From contig JAHDYR010000038.1 of assembly GCA_019828565.1 (NCBI GenBank), positions 326,735 through 390,734 of the forward strand: a stretch of 64,000 bases of DNA, written 5' to 3'. The translations under genes and the position numbers were made by a program. Under the pieces are notes generated by a model. That model was not told the origin of the DNA. It did no database searches and was given only the letters and a program-made list of their open reading frames with translations. The stretch comes from Carpediemonas membranifera BICM (taxonomy: Eukaryota > Protista > Fornicata). Below are positions 31,780 through 41,220 of this stretch, one piece after another. Numbering within the stretch: the first letter of the stretch is position 1; each line of letters opens with the position of its first letter.

Positions 31780-33261
31780 ATGCCGGTAGAGCGCGATGCA
31801 GAGACAACCAGTGCATCAGCGAGCAGCGCAGAACTCGAATCCCTGCAAACCATGCTCTCGAGAATTCCCCCTCTGAAACCAACGGCGCAAGCCCTGCTCG
31901 ACCGCGCCCGCTCGATCCTCGCAGACGGCCCCCCGCTCTCCATGAACGTCGAGCTCGCGGAGGGGCAGGAGCTCCCGGTCGCCCTGCACACCCTGCTCCA
32001 AGGCACGCTGTGGGCCGTGATGATGGCGAGTGGTGCTGACCCAGACCTTCATAACGCGGAAAGAAAGAGCTTCAACAAGGGAGCGAGATGCCTCTGGTTC
32101 CTCTGCCACAAGACCCTATTCTCATGGCAGGCAGCAATGAACGACGCGCAGATAGTCACCTCGCCGAACTCCTACCACTGGCTATACGCCGGCCATTTAC
32201 TGGCACGGCTGTGCTATGACGACGACTCGATCGTAACTGAGGAGTCATACGGCGAGTTCACTTTCCCCCCCGAGTACGCTTCGGCATATGCGCTGGTTCG
32301 AGTTCCGCCAGTTGTACACTTTTACTCATTCCATGATATGCACTTTATAGTCACCGCCAATGGTATTTACGTCGACGGTGTGAGTTACATCATATCGAAC
32401 ATGCGCATGGACGAAACAGCGTTGAAATACCCTACCAGACTCTCATTCCAGCACTGCCCCGCCGTGTGCGAGCACGAGGCCAGCCTGCCACTCTGGCACA
32501 AGGACGGCCTGGTCACAAACATCAGCATTGGCGTCCAAACCATCCTGATCCAGTCACCGGTCGGGCTCATTGCCACGGGCCTGGGTTCCAGTGTCCTGAC
32601 TGGCGTTCGCCGAGCCGGCCCGGGTGGGCTCATTCCCTTCCACCCAGTGGACCTTCCCGACGGCTTTGTTCCTTGTGAGATCATCAACGTGTGGCATGTT
32701 GTGGTTCTGACCTCGGCCTCCGGAGTCCAGCTTATTGGCGGACTGAACAACTCTGGACAGCTTGGGTTGGGTCATCTCGACCCTGTTGTGGGCTTCACAG
32801 AGTCTTCCTTCAGAGTCGACCGGGTTCTCTGCTCCACGGACGCCTGCGCCTTTTATCTGAGCGCGGGCCGGGTGCTGCTCGCCGGGGAAGTCCCGTGGTA
32901 CCTTGCTGAGTCTGCCTTGACCCGTGGCAAGCAGGAGGGCGACCTGTGCACACGACCAGTGGCCCTAGACTTTCCCCAGACTCCAAAGGGCGTTCTTGTT
33001 GACTCGAGTCGCATCGTTTGGGTCAAAAACTGCTCGACTGTGGTTGAAGACTGCGAGTCTGGCCTGTATCACTGCTACGAGATCCCGTTTGATGTACACC
33101 GCGTCAACTCCGGGAGAAGCTTCAATGTGATGGATGCGGCCGGTACATGGTTCTCAGTGAACGGTGTCACTGACGGGCTAGCGGATGTCGCCAATGCCAA
33201 CAGTCCCGATGTCGACACAGTTCGGGAGATGACCTGGTTTGGATACGCTGAGGGCCGGTGA
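31780..33261 (+). CDS. Header-cassette/RCC1-like family member, copy C (intact)
   Basis: MPVERDAETT header, GGLNNSGQLGLG, LPDGFVP, FRVDRV; upstream cassette near-identical from ~31307. Confidence 0.8.
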   Translation: MPVERDAETTSASASSAELESLQTMLSRIPPLKPTAQALLDRARSILADGPPLSMNVELAEGQELPVALHTLLQGTLWAVMMASGADPDLHNAERKSFNKGARCLWFLCHKTLFSWQAAMNDAQIVTSPNSYHWLYAGHLLARLCYDDDSIVTEESYGEFTFPPEYASAYALVRVPPVVHFYSFHDMHFIVTANGIYVDGVSYIISNMRMDETALKYPTRLSFQHCPAVCEHEASLPLWHKDGLVTNISIGVQTILIQSPVGLIATGLGSSVLTGVRRAGPGGLIPFHPVDLPDGFVPCEIINVWHVVVLTSASGVQLIGGLNNSGQLGLGHLDPVVGFTESSFRVDRVLCSTDACAFYLSAGRVLLAGEVPWYLAESALTRGKQEGDLCTRPVALDFPQTPKGVLVDSSRIVWVKNCSTVVEDCESGLYHCYEIPFDVHRVNSGRSFNVMDAAGTWFSVNGVTDGLADVANANSPDVDTVREMTWFGYAEGR

Positions 33262-33771
33262 GCAGGTTCATGCAGCTGCTCAAAAGGAATTCGCGAGTAA
33301 AGAAGGAGTTTTGAAAGGAAACCATACCCTCGCTGTGGTTCTCTAGACAAATGACGCTCCATGGCTGGCTGCTTGCCGGATCGGCAGCGGTGCCATGTAC
33401 AGAAATTAAGGGATTAAATTCCATAAATGGTCTCGGGCAAAAAGTCAAACAAAGTTGTATCAAGAAACCACTCAAATCAATCAAGAATTTGATACTGGTA
33501 GATGCTGGAAATCACGGGTATTAATCTCACGCATGGACTCAAACCACAGGTGTTGCTCACAGGGCACGGTCTCACCCGCCGCCAATCGAACAGTTTCGCC
33601 GTCTTCCAATCGCTTTGGTCAAAATCACACAATTCAATTCCGGAAAAAACGAATAGTCGCGGAACAATCTACGAGAACCCATGTGGTTGGGTTGAGCGAA
33701 TCACTTTGTGGAGATATTCTGGGCCGATCTCGCTATCTCTTGTGATTCGACGGTGATCCAGCAATTTGACA

Positions 33772-34665
33772 ATGAGAGCTCTTATTCTCTACGCTACGTT
33801 CACCGGCACCTGCAAGTATTATGCTGAGTGCTTTAAGACTACATTAGAAGCTGCGGATTACGTCGTCGACATTTTCAACGCAACTTCTCCCGCAAACCGC
33901 GAAGATATCCTCAAGAACCTCCTTCCCGCTAGTGAATACGACGTTATCGGCTTTGGCTCTGCCATTGCGATGAATGTTTTCATCACTCCCTTCAAGGATT
34001 TCATCGTTGAGCATTTCGACGAATACATCGACGGGAAGTTCGTCTTCACTTTCGCCACCGCCACGGCAACGCAGAGCGGCGTCGGTATCGTCGGCAAGCA
34101 CCTTGTGAAGAAGGGTGGGAAGTTTGTAGGCCACTTCTTCTGGGAGTCGACTGCCAATTACCCTCCTCTCGGAGCCAAGAAGACCGTCGTACTCACCAAG
34201 ACCGACCTCGAAGTCCCGCGCTCACACGCATCAGATCTCGTCAATAGACTCAACAGCGGCGAGACTGTCAAGCCGCCGGCAATCGGCATCGGCCAGAAGA
34301 TCTCCGGTGGTCTCGGGTACAACGACAAGATCGGCGGAAAGTTTGGCTTCAGCAAGGTCAAGATCGACCCGGAACGGTGCATTGGCTGCAACAAGTGCGT
34401 CAAGGTCTGCCCAACCGGTGCCATGAGCCTGGACAGCAACAAGATCGCGATCCGTGACCGCAAGCTCTGCCAAGGCTGCTATGCCTGCTACCACGTCTGT
34501 CCCAAGGCGGCCATCAAGATGCGTGCGGCTAACCCTGACGTGGCGCCCCAGTTCCAGTTCAACGAGACATATGTCAAGATGATCGAGGAGGCTGACTTGC
34601 CCAAGCGCCACCGCGTGACCAAGGCGGAGTGGGACGAGCTCAAGGCCAAGGTCGGCAGAGCTTAG
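33772..34665 (+). CDS. Flavodoxin-2[4Fe-4S] ferredoxin fusion (EFR1-like)
   Basis: YATFTGTC flavodoxin loop; CIGCNKCVKVCP and CQGCYACYHVCP. Confidence 0.9.
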   Translation: MRALILYATFTGTCKYYAECFKTTLEAADYVVDIFNATSPANREDILKNLLPASEYDVIGFGSAIAMNVFITPFKDFIVEHFDEYIDGKFVFTFATATATQSGVGIVGKHLVKKGGKFVGHFFWESTANYPPLGAKKTVVLTKTDLEVPRSHASDLVNRLNSGETVKPPAIGIGQKISGGLGYNDKIGGKFGFSKVKIDPERCIGCNKCVKVCPTGAMSLDSNKIAIRDRKLCQGCYACYHVCPKAAIKMRAANPDVAPQFQFNETYVKMIEEADLPKRHRVTKAEWDELKAKVGRA

Positions 34666-34859
34666 TTTGTTTAAATGTTTGGATTGCGTGTTTGAATGAC
34701 GGGTGTGTTCTTGTGTGTTTTCCGTCATGCATTTGGTCACTGCTCAGCCTGCCCAGACTGAAAGAGTCGGCCTTCTGCCTGGTCCTGCTCATAAATGTGC
34801 CAGTCTGGTCCAGACTAAACTGCGCTGTATCCATTTACCGTACTCAAGCATACGAAGCC

Positions 34860-36038
34860 TCACTTGTCTGTCGCTGCCGACACCGCTGCCGCGCTCAACC
34901 CCCGGCACAGCTGCTCGTGGACCTCGTCCAGCGTCCCCTCGGGCACGGTACTCCTCCAGTGGCTCTCGGCCGTCTTCAGCAAGACCATGATGTCCATGAT
35001 GAGCGGAACGGGAAGCAGAGGGTACATCTCCGCAAGCTGCGGCCCAAAGCTGGTCAGAATGCTGGCAAACGTCTCTTGGATGGGCGGCCCGCATGAGATG
35101 AGCTGGGAAAGCGCCAAGGCCACCCGGGCTTGGTCCGAGTCCTCTAGGGCTAGGGCCAGACGCCGCGTGCTCACCAGCAGACGAACCCATGGGCACAGGT
35201 CGGAGTCTGCCTGCAGAGCGCAGAGAGTGGAGTCGAGTCGGGAGTCATGACTCAAAATCGACTCAAAGGCATCGGACATAATCGAGTTGGCAGTGAGCGT
35301 ACTGTTAACGTCGCCCCTGAGGGCCCACCACACGGCCCGGCCGACATGCCCGGCGGCCCTGTTCTTCTCAGCCATGGCATCGGCGACCATGGCCGTGAGC
35401 GAGGGCAGTTGGTCCGCTGCAGACTCAGCCAGGGCGTATGCGGTGCGACATTGCGCGTCTGAGGACAGGGTTGACACTGTGTGTAGGATATGCCGCTCGA
35501 GGTCGACGAGGGAGGGGGCGCGGAGGTAGTAAAGCGCCGCCAGGTACCATTTGCCCTCGTTCGACAGCTGGTGCGCGTATTCTGTCATCAGCCGCTGCCG
35601 TGGTACATCCTGCCCGGCCTGGAAGAGCCTGTCGGCCAGATGGGCTTGGACGGCGAGTGAGTGGCGGGTGCAGGTGTTCCCGATCGCTGTGAGCGCGGCG
35701 GTGATGTCTCCGGAGAGTGCAAAGCCTAGGATGTTGTGCTGGGCTTTGGAGGAGCAGGCATCAGACGGGACCTTGAGGTTCAAAAGATCTAGAACGTCGG
35801 ACTTCGTCAGATCGGGGTCATCCTCCAGAGCCTGGTATATGTGACCTGCCCAGACACTGTTGATCGTCTCTGATGGGTGAAGCTTTTTGAAAAGCGCGTC
35901 AAACCATCCTAGGAGTGTATAAGCGAAAGAAGTCTCATCTGCGCTAACATACAGCGATTCCAAGAGGGCCCAGCCCAATGCTACGTCTGTGTTCTTGAAT
36001 GCCTCCTGAAGGCTAGCGAATGCTTGCTCCATAGCCAT
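34860..36038 (-). CDS. Nucleoporin Nup85-like helical protein
   Basis: AHLADRL...LMTEYA..L...WYLAALYY pattern resembles Nup85. Confidence 0.5.
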   Translation of the reverse strand: MAMEQAFASLQEAFKNTDVALGWALLESLYVSADETSFAYTLLGWFDALFKKLHPSETINSVWAGHIYQALEDDPDLTKSDVLDLLNLKVPSDACSSKAQHNILGFALSGDITAALTAIGNTCTRHSLAVQAHLADRLFQAGQDVPRQRLMTEYAHQLSNEGKWYLAALYYLRAPSLVDLERHILHTVSTLSSDAQCRTAYALAESAADQLPSLTAMVADAMAEKNRAAGHVGRAVWWALRGDVNSTLTANSIMSDAFESILSHDSRLDSTLCALQADSDLCPWVRLLVSTRRLALALEDSDQARVALALSQLISCGPPIQETFASILTSFGPQLAEMYPLLPVPLIMDIMVLLKTAESHWRSTVPEGTLDEVHEQLCRGLSAAAVSAATDK

Positions 36039-36333
36039 GATCAATGGAAAAGCGGTACGCTGCCAAGCCTGTTATATGACGGCACATAAATGCCTTATAC
36101 CGGAACAGCGTGACCTTAAAGCCCAACACAACATAGCCAGGCCAAGCGATGGCGATTTGTAAGTCTAGTCTTTGCGTGGCATATCATTCGCACAATGTTT
36201 TCCAATCTCTGCGCCCTGATCAAGATTTTCAAGGAAAAGAGTCAGGAATGACCCGCTATCAGTGCTAGACTACTCCGCGGTGCTCTATAGTCGAGAATTC
36301 GGCCATTGCATAACCTGCACCTCAAAACTGAAA

Positions 36334-37341
36334 ATGGGACAGCTTCTCGCCTGTCGCCGCCGTCCAACGGAAGAGAAACAGGAAGAGGAAGAATTTAGCT
36401 GGAATAAGCGCCGAATTGACCCTGAAATGTTCATGGTCCGGAACAAAAACTGCGAAATCGTTGTCAGGCAACCAGGCGAGATTGCTGGCAACCAATTCAT
36501 CATTGAGGAGTGTGAAGGATGTACGATATTCCTAGCGGACTATGCAGACTCCATGACTGTCGATCTTTGCAAGAACTGCACCATCTTTTTGGCCGGCTGC
36601 CAGGGCTCTGTCTTCGTTCGCGACTGTGTAGACTGCCGCTTCGTCCTTGTTTGCCAGCAGTTCCGCTCTCGTGATTGCAAGGATTGCAAGATCGACCTCT
36701 ATGCCCGCACACGCCCAATAATCGAGTCAAGCAGCGGCATGTCTTTCGCCTGCTACAACGGCCCCTCTTTCGAGGGCCATGAACACGTGATGGAGCAGGC
36801 TGGACTCGACCCGTTTGTCAACATCTGGTTTGTGGTCCACGACTTCAACGAAGTCGGAGGAGAGATCCACTTCACCCAGACCACTCGGGAACCCATCGAG
36901 ATCCCCACCGAGGCCGGACTCAAGCTTGCTGAGTGCCCCGTTCCTCTCACCAGGGGGCGCGCGAAGGATGACATGACTTATGTTATCGTCCCCGGCGATC
37001 GGGCAGATATTGCCCGGCAGATTGTGCGTACCTACGTCTCATCTACCGCGTTCACGAGCTCAGTTGCCGCCGTGTGTGCCGGCGCTGCCTCGAACGACCA
37101 GGTCGCTGCCCTAGTCACCAAGGGCGGCGACGGGCCACGGGCTCACAACGACTTCTTCTCGGCCGCGATGAAGGCGAAGCGGGTAATTGTCATTGAGCTG
37201 GAAGGATCGAATGCACCCTTCGACTTCAGCGATGCCGTGTCTCGCTTGGATCCTCCGGACGCCAAGGTTGTCCTTCAGGTTGCCGGGGAGGCGAACTCCA
37301 TGGTGAGAATGACGTGGATGGCCACGCTCGAGCAAAAGTGA
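36334..37341 (+). CDS. RP2/XRP2-like TBCC-domain protein (Arl3 GAP-like)
   Basis: MGQLLAC acylation-type N-terminus; GSVFVRDC, CQQFRSRDC, PIIESS. Confidence 0.85.
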   Translation: MGQLLACRRRPTEEKQEEEEFSWNKRRIDPEMFMVRNKNCEIVVRQPGEIAGNQFIIEECEGCTIFLADYADSMTVDLCKNCTIFLAGCQGSVFVRDCVDCRFVLVCQQFRSRDCKDCKIDLYARTRPIIESSSGMSFACYNGPSFEGHEHVMEQAGLDPFVNIWFVVHDFNEVGGEIHFTQTTREPIEIPTEAGLKLAECPVPLTRGRAKDDMTYVIVPGDRADIARQIVRTYVSSTAFTSSVAAVCAGAASNDQVAALVTKGGDGPRAHNDFFSAAMKAKRVIVIELEGSNAPFDFSDAVSRLDPPDAKVVLQVAGEANSMVRMTWMATLEQK

Positions 37342-37392
37342 ATGCGGTTGTAAATAATACGCGTTTGTGGCTATTTACATTCTTCGTGTATC

Positions 37393-37986
37393 TTATGTAT
37401 TCTGCTCATCCATTGCAGAGGCGGGCGACACTCTCTGGCTCAGCTGAGGGAGCTGCGCAGAGAGTGGCTCAACTGTGGCCTGGGTGGGGGTCGCGGGTTC
37501 AGATTCCTCGGATCCACTGGACATAGGCTCGTTCGGGCTGGCCATCTCGGCGAGGAAGGCGGGCGACGGGTCGAACGTCGCAGTCCCGGGCGGGGGCTCT
37601 GCGCCGTCGTTCTCCAGGGCCGCCACGTCGCGCGGCTGAATCTCAATAACATCGGCATTATACGACTGTCCGGACATCACAGTGATCGTCTTCCGCCACA
37701 CCCGCTGAGCTTTTGGCCCTGCGCGGGTGAAACACATGATGAACTGGAGGACGATGAGCAGAGCGGTGCAGGCGATGAGAAACAGGAGGAAAATGAAGGA
37801 TATCAAGTTCTCTGTGGATTCTTCATTATCACCAAGCATCGAGGAAAGGATAATGCCCTCTACGAAGATGAACACGCCAACTGTGTCATGGAGCATGCAG
37901 AAAGACGAACGAATGAAGAAGCTGAAGAGAAAGACGAATAAATTAGCCAGTAGAGTGCCGTTGGAGGGACGAATGAGGAACTTCAT
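37393..37986 (-). CDS. Small membrane protein (about 3 TM)
   Basis: Three hydrophobic segments and an acidic tail. Confidence 0.5.
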   Translation of the reverse strand: MKFLIRPSNGTLLANLFVFLFSFFIRSSFCMLHDTVGVFIFVEGIILSSMLGDNEESTENLISFIFLLFLIACTALLIVLQFIMCFTRAGPKAQRVWRKTITVMSGQSYNADVIEIQPRDVAALENDGAEPPPGTATFDPSPAFLAEMASPNEPMSSGSEESEPATPTQATVEPLSAQLPQLSQRVSPASAMDEQNT

Positions 37987-38253
37987 CGTGCCGCTCGCGA
38001 GAATGTCATCGCGAGAGACGTGTCATCAAAAGATTTGTCGAAATCTGACATCAGACGCTCTTGTACATCCTCCATATGAAGCGTGCCGCCTAAGGCGACT
38101 AACACGCCCATCATCTTGGGCGGACACACCATGCTTCATTCAGCCCGACCCAAGCGGCATCTGATTTCCTTCCGACTGCCACGAATGACAGTGTCAAATC
38201 GAGAAAGACAACCGTCAACTCGGATCAGCCCGCTCAGCCTCACTCAGTCGCCA

Positions 38254-39627
38254 TTATAAGCTGATTACGTTCAAAACTGGGCTGGAAGGCCCCGCACACC
38301 TGGCGATGCCTCCCCTGGTACGCCGGTACCACTGGCCCTCGCCGTCTCTAACATGGTCGCTGTAGTCGAACTGGATGGCAGTAAAGCCCTCGATCTCCGC
38401 CAGACCGCACCGGAACGACCAGAGCCGAGTCGACTCGTCGGACACGATAATGATCACATTGGTCGAAATATAAACACGCGAGACACTATCAGGGACGTCC
38501 AGAGGCATGGCTGGCGTGACTATCTCCCTTTCCCCGTGACCACCGAGGAGACGCGCTCGGTAGATAGACAAAGGCACCTCACCGCTGAACAGAAGCTGTC
38601 GGCCGCTAAGGAAGATGTTAAACTCAGGGGTGGCCGCGATAACTCGGTTCGCCCAGAACGGCATGTCGATCATGCCCTCCATCGTCTCAGCATGCCCGAG
38701 ACCCATCTGACCATTGTCATTTCGCCCTGAAAACAGCTGTCGGTCGCCCATACTCATGATTGTGATGTCTGCCACATTGATGATATGATCTGGGACAAAC
38801 CCATTGGGCATCGGGATGCGCTGGAAGCGGTTGCAGACAGCGTTTGGGCCTACGAACCACACAGCACCCTTCCCAGCCACGAGAGTGCCCAGCGCGGTGA
38901 CTATAAACGTGCGGCTGTGGCCCATCGTCACGTGCTTCACGAGTGTGTGCTTCTGCCAGGGGGCCAGGCCATCTTCAAAAGCGGCCAACTTGGGCTCTGC
39001 GCTGAACTTTACCCTGGCTGGGAAGCGTAAGTGCTGCGGGCTGACCCCTAGCTGGCCGTCCTTATTCATCCCGTAGCCCCATACACCACGGGGAGTGATG
39101 GCTAGCGCTGAGTAGTGATCTGTCACAACGGAGAGGGCCCTAGGCATCTGGGCGTGGTAGAAGTGAGTGTCACGGATGGCGTGCATCTTGAAAAGGAGGC
39201 CTGCATACTCTTTGTGGGCGAACTTATCGGATTGGTGGAAGCTCGCGCCGTCCTTCTCGGCGATGACAAAACAGAAGTAGAACTTTCGGCACATGAACCA
39301 GATATACTTGCTTTCTGGCCGTAACTGAAGTCTGAAAGCGGGCGAAAGGCTGTCCTCGAGGTCTGGGTTGGCTCCACTCGCCATCATCACGGCCCACAGC
39401 GTGCCTTGGAGCAGGGTGTGCAGGGCGACCGGGAGCTCCTGCCCCTCCGCGAGCTCGACGTTCATGGAGAGCGGGGGGCCGTCTGCGAGGATCGAGCGGG
39501 CGCGGTCGAGCAGGGCTTGCGCCGTTGGTTTCAGAGGGGGAATTCTCGAGAGCATGGTTTGCAGGGATTCGAGTTCTGCGCTGCTCGCTGATGCACTGGT
39601 GGTCTCTGCATCGCGCTCTACCGGCAT
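38254..39627 (-). CDS. Header-cassette/RCC1-like family member, copy D (intact)
   Basis: Shared header; VWGYGMNKDGQLG and SGRNDNGQMGLG; upstream cassette near-identical to 39988. Confidence 0.8.
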   Translation of the reverse strand: MPVERDAETTSASASSAELESLQTMLSRIPPLKPTAQALLDRARSILADGPPLSMNVELAEGQELPVALHTLLQGTLWAVMMASGANPDLEDSLSPAFRLQLRPESKYIWFMCRKFYFCFVIAEKDGASFHQSDKFAHKEYAGLLFKMHAIRDTHFYHAQMPRALSVVTDHYSALAITPRGVWGYGMNKDGQLGVSPQHLRFPARVKFSAEPKLAAFEDGLAPWQKHTLVKHVTMGHSRTFIVTALGTLVAGKGAVWFVGPNAVCNRFQRIPMPNGFVPDHIINVADITIMSMGDRQLFSGRNDNGQMGLGHAETMEGMIDMPFWANRVIAATPEFNIFLSGRQLLFSGEVPLSIYRARLLGGHGEREIVTPAMPLDVPDSVSRVYISTNVIIIVSDESTRLWSFRCGLAEIEGFTAIQFDYSDHVRDGEGQWYRRTRGGIARCAGPSSPVLNVISL

Positions 39628-40293
39628 GACCTTGTTGAAGTGCCTGGAGTAGGCGTGGCGGAGCAGAGAGGGGATGTCCCCGGGGATGTAGGCGGTTGCA
39701 ACAGTCGAAACGCGGAATGCGGATATCAGCGCATGCTCAACGCCCAATGCCGCGGAATCGTGTTGTGGCGCTGCTTCGCCCATCCAAGCTGGCGCTGTCC
39801 TCTTGTGGCCACAGTCGCCGAGTCGTCGACCACCGACGCGCGCCGAGAGTGCTGCCACCAGCTAGGCTGCGCCATCCCAGCGCGCTGACGGGCGTCGACT
39901 GCCCCAGTCCCGGCCGAAGCGCCGATCCACAGAGCACTCGGGTTCTGGCGATGCCGCTCGGGAAGCAAGGGAACGCCGGTGGGCATGATCCTGTTTCTCT
40001 ATTTAGGTAAGATGGCATTCAGTAAAGCAGGGTCGCCACGTCAGTCTCGAGTCGACCATGGATCCCCCAGGATCGGGACCCATCCCCATGCCTTGGCGTT
40101 GGACAGGACGAAAGCTGAGTGATGAAACTAGCAATTCACGATAGTATTGAGTACAATGGAACATAAAGTAGTGGTACCAAGACTGTACTTTGCCAATATC
40201 GCCCCACCTCCTTGGTGATACACTGCCGTCCACCATTCGGATGCATGCCGAGAGAACAACGCCCAGTCTACCGCATTTTAACCGTGGGTCGAA

Positions 40294-41013
40294 TCACCCC
40301 TCCGCGACGAATGCCCACACGTGGACTGGATATAGCCCGGGCCTCGTCTCCACAGCATGGTCAGCAAGCTTGAACCCAGCATTCGTTGCATGCCTCTTGA
40401 CTGCTATCGCGGGCCTGATAAGGAAGTTATCGTCATCATCCAGGAAGTAACTTGAGTTCGATGTGGTGTTGTCCTTAATGATGAGAACGCCCGTCTCGCT
40501 GAGGGAAGCCCTAAGTTTGGTCAGGACCCCGTGCATTTCCGCGTCTGTGATGTACCCAATTGCCCATTGAATCCAGATAATATCATAGCATGCGTCCTTT
40601 GGGGGGTCGAAGGAAGTGAAGGTGGCGCAGTAGCGCTGCGTCACCGCATCTGACCCGACAAGCTCGATAGAGCTGTCGAGGAACCTTTGACATGGCTCAA
40701 GCATGTGCACTTCCTTGGCTACCTTCAGCATCAGGGCCTTGGTGACACGTCCAACACCAGCACCACAATCAAGGCCTCTGGGAACCGGGAGAGATGGAAT
40801 AATGCCCTTGGTGTGAAGACGCTGGATGAACTTGAGAGATCTCGGGATGTCGTCTCTCACTGAATCCTCTAAACCCCCAAGCATACCTGCGACAGTGGCA
40901 TCCTGGTTGCTGTAGTACTTTTCAGTAGCATCAAGCCAAGCTGCCGTCTTGTGTTTCGCCCAAAACTCCTCGATGTTCTTGTACGTGGCTCCACTCGCTG
41001 TAACGACCGACAT
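40294..41013 (-). CDS. Alpha N-terminal protein methyltransferase (NTM1/NTMT1-like)
   Basis: ATVAGMLGG, LDCGAGVGRVTK, YDIIWIQW, IIKDN, LYPV motifs. Confidence 0.9.
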   Translation of the reverse strand: MSVVTASGATYKNIEEFWAKHKTAAWLDATEKYYSNQDATVAGMLGGLEDSVRDDIPRSLKFIQRLHTKGIIPSLPVPRGLDCGAGVGRVTKALMLKVAKEVHMLEPCQRFLDSSIELVGSDAVTQRYCATFTSFDPPKDACYDIIWIQWAIGYITDAEMHGVLTKLRASLSETGVLIIKDNTTSNSSYFLDDDDNFLIRPAIAVKRHATNAGFKLADHAVETRPGLYPVHVWAFVAEG

Positions 41014-41056
41014 CAATCTCGTCTTCGTCGGTGATGTGCCGCGCAGGATTAGAATT

Positions 41057-41220
41057 GTTGAGTCTAAAGACGACAGCCTAAGTCACCTTTACATGAATCC
41101 TCCACATAAACCCTCTAAATACCACAGGTGAAGTATCATAGAGTGCACAGTGCAAGCACTGCGTCTCTCCACTTCAATTAGCTTGCCCGGAGGCGAAGAC
41201 TAGCGGCTGGTTAGCCGTAA
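41057..41220 (-). ncRNA. Candidate Fanzor omegaRNA scaffold
   Basis: Located at the 3' end of the Fanzor ORF; short stems at 41204-41217, 41179-41202, 41149-41160 and TCACCT/AGGTGA (41083-41131). Boundaries are inferred. Confidence 0.35.
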
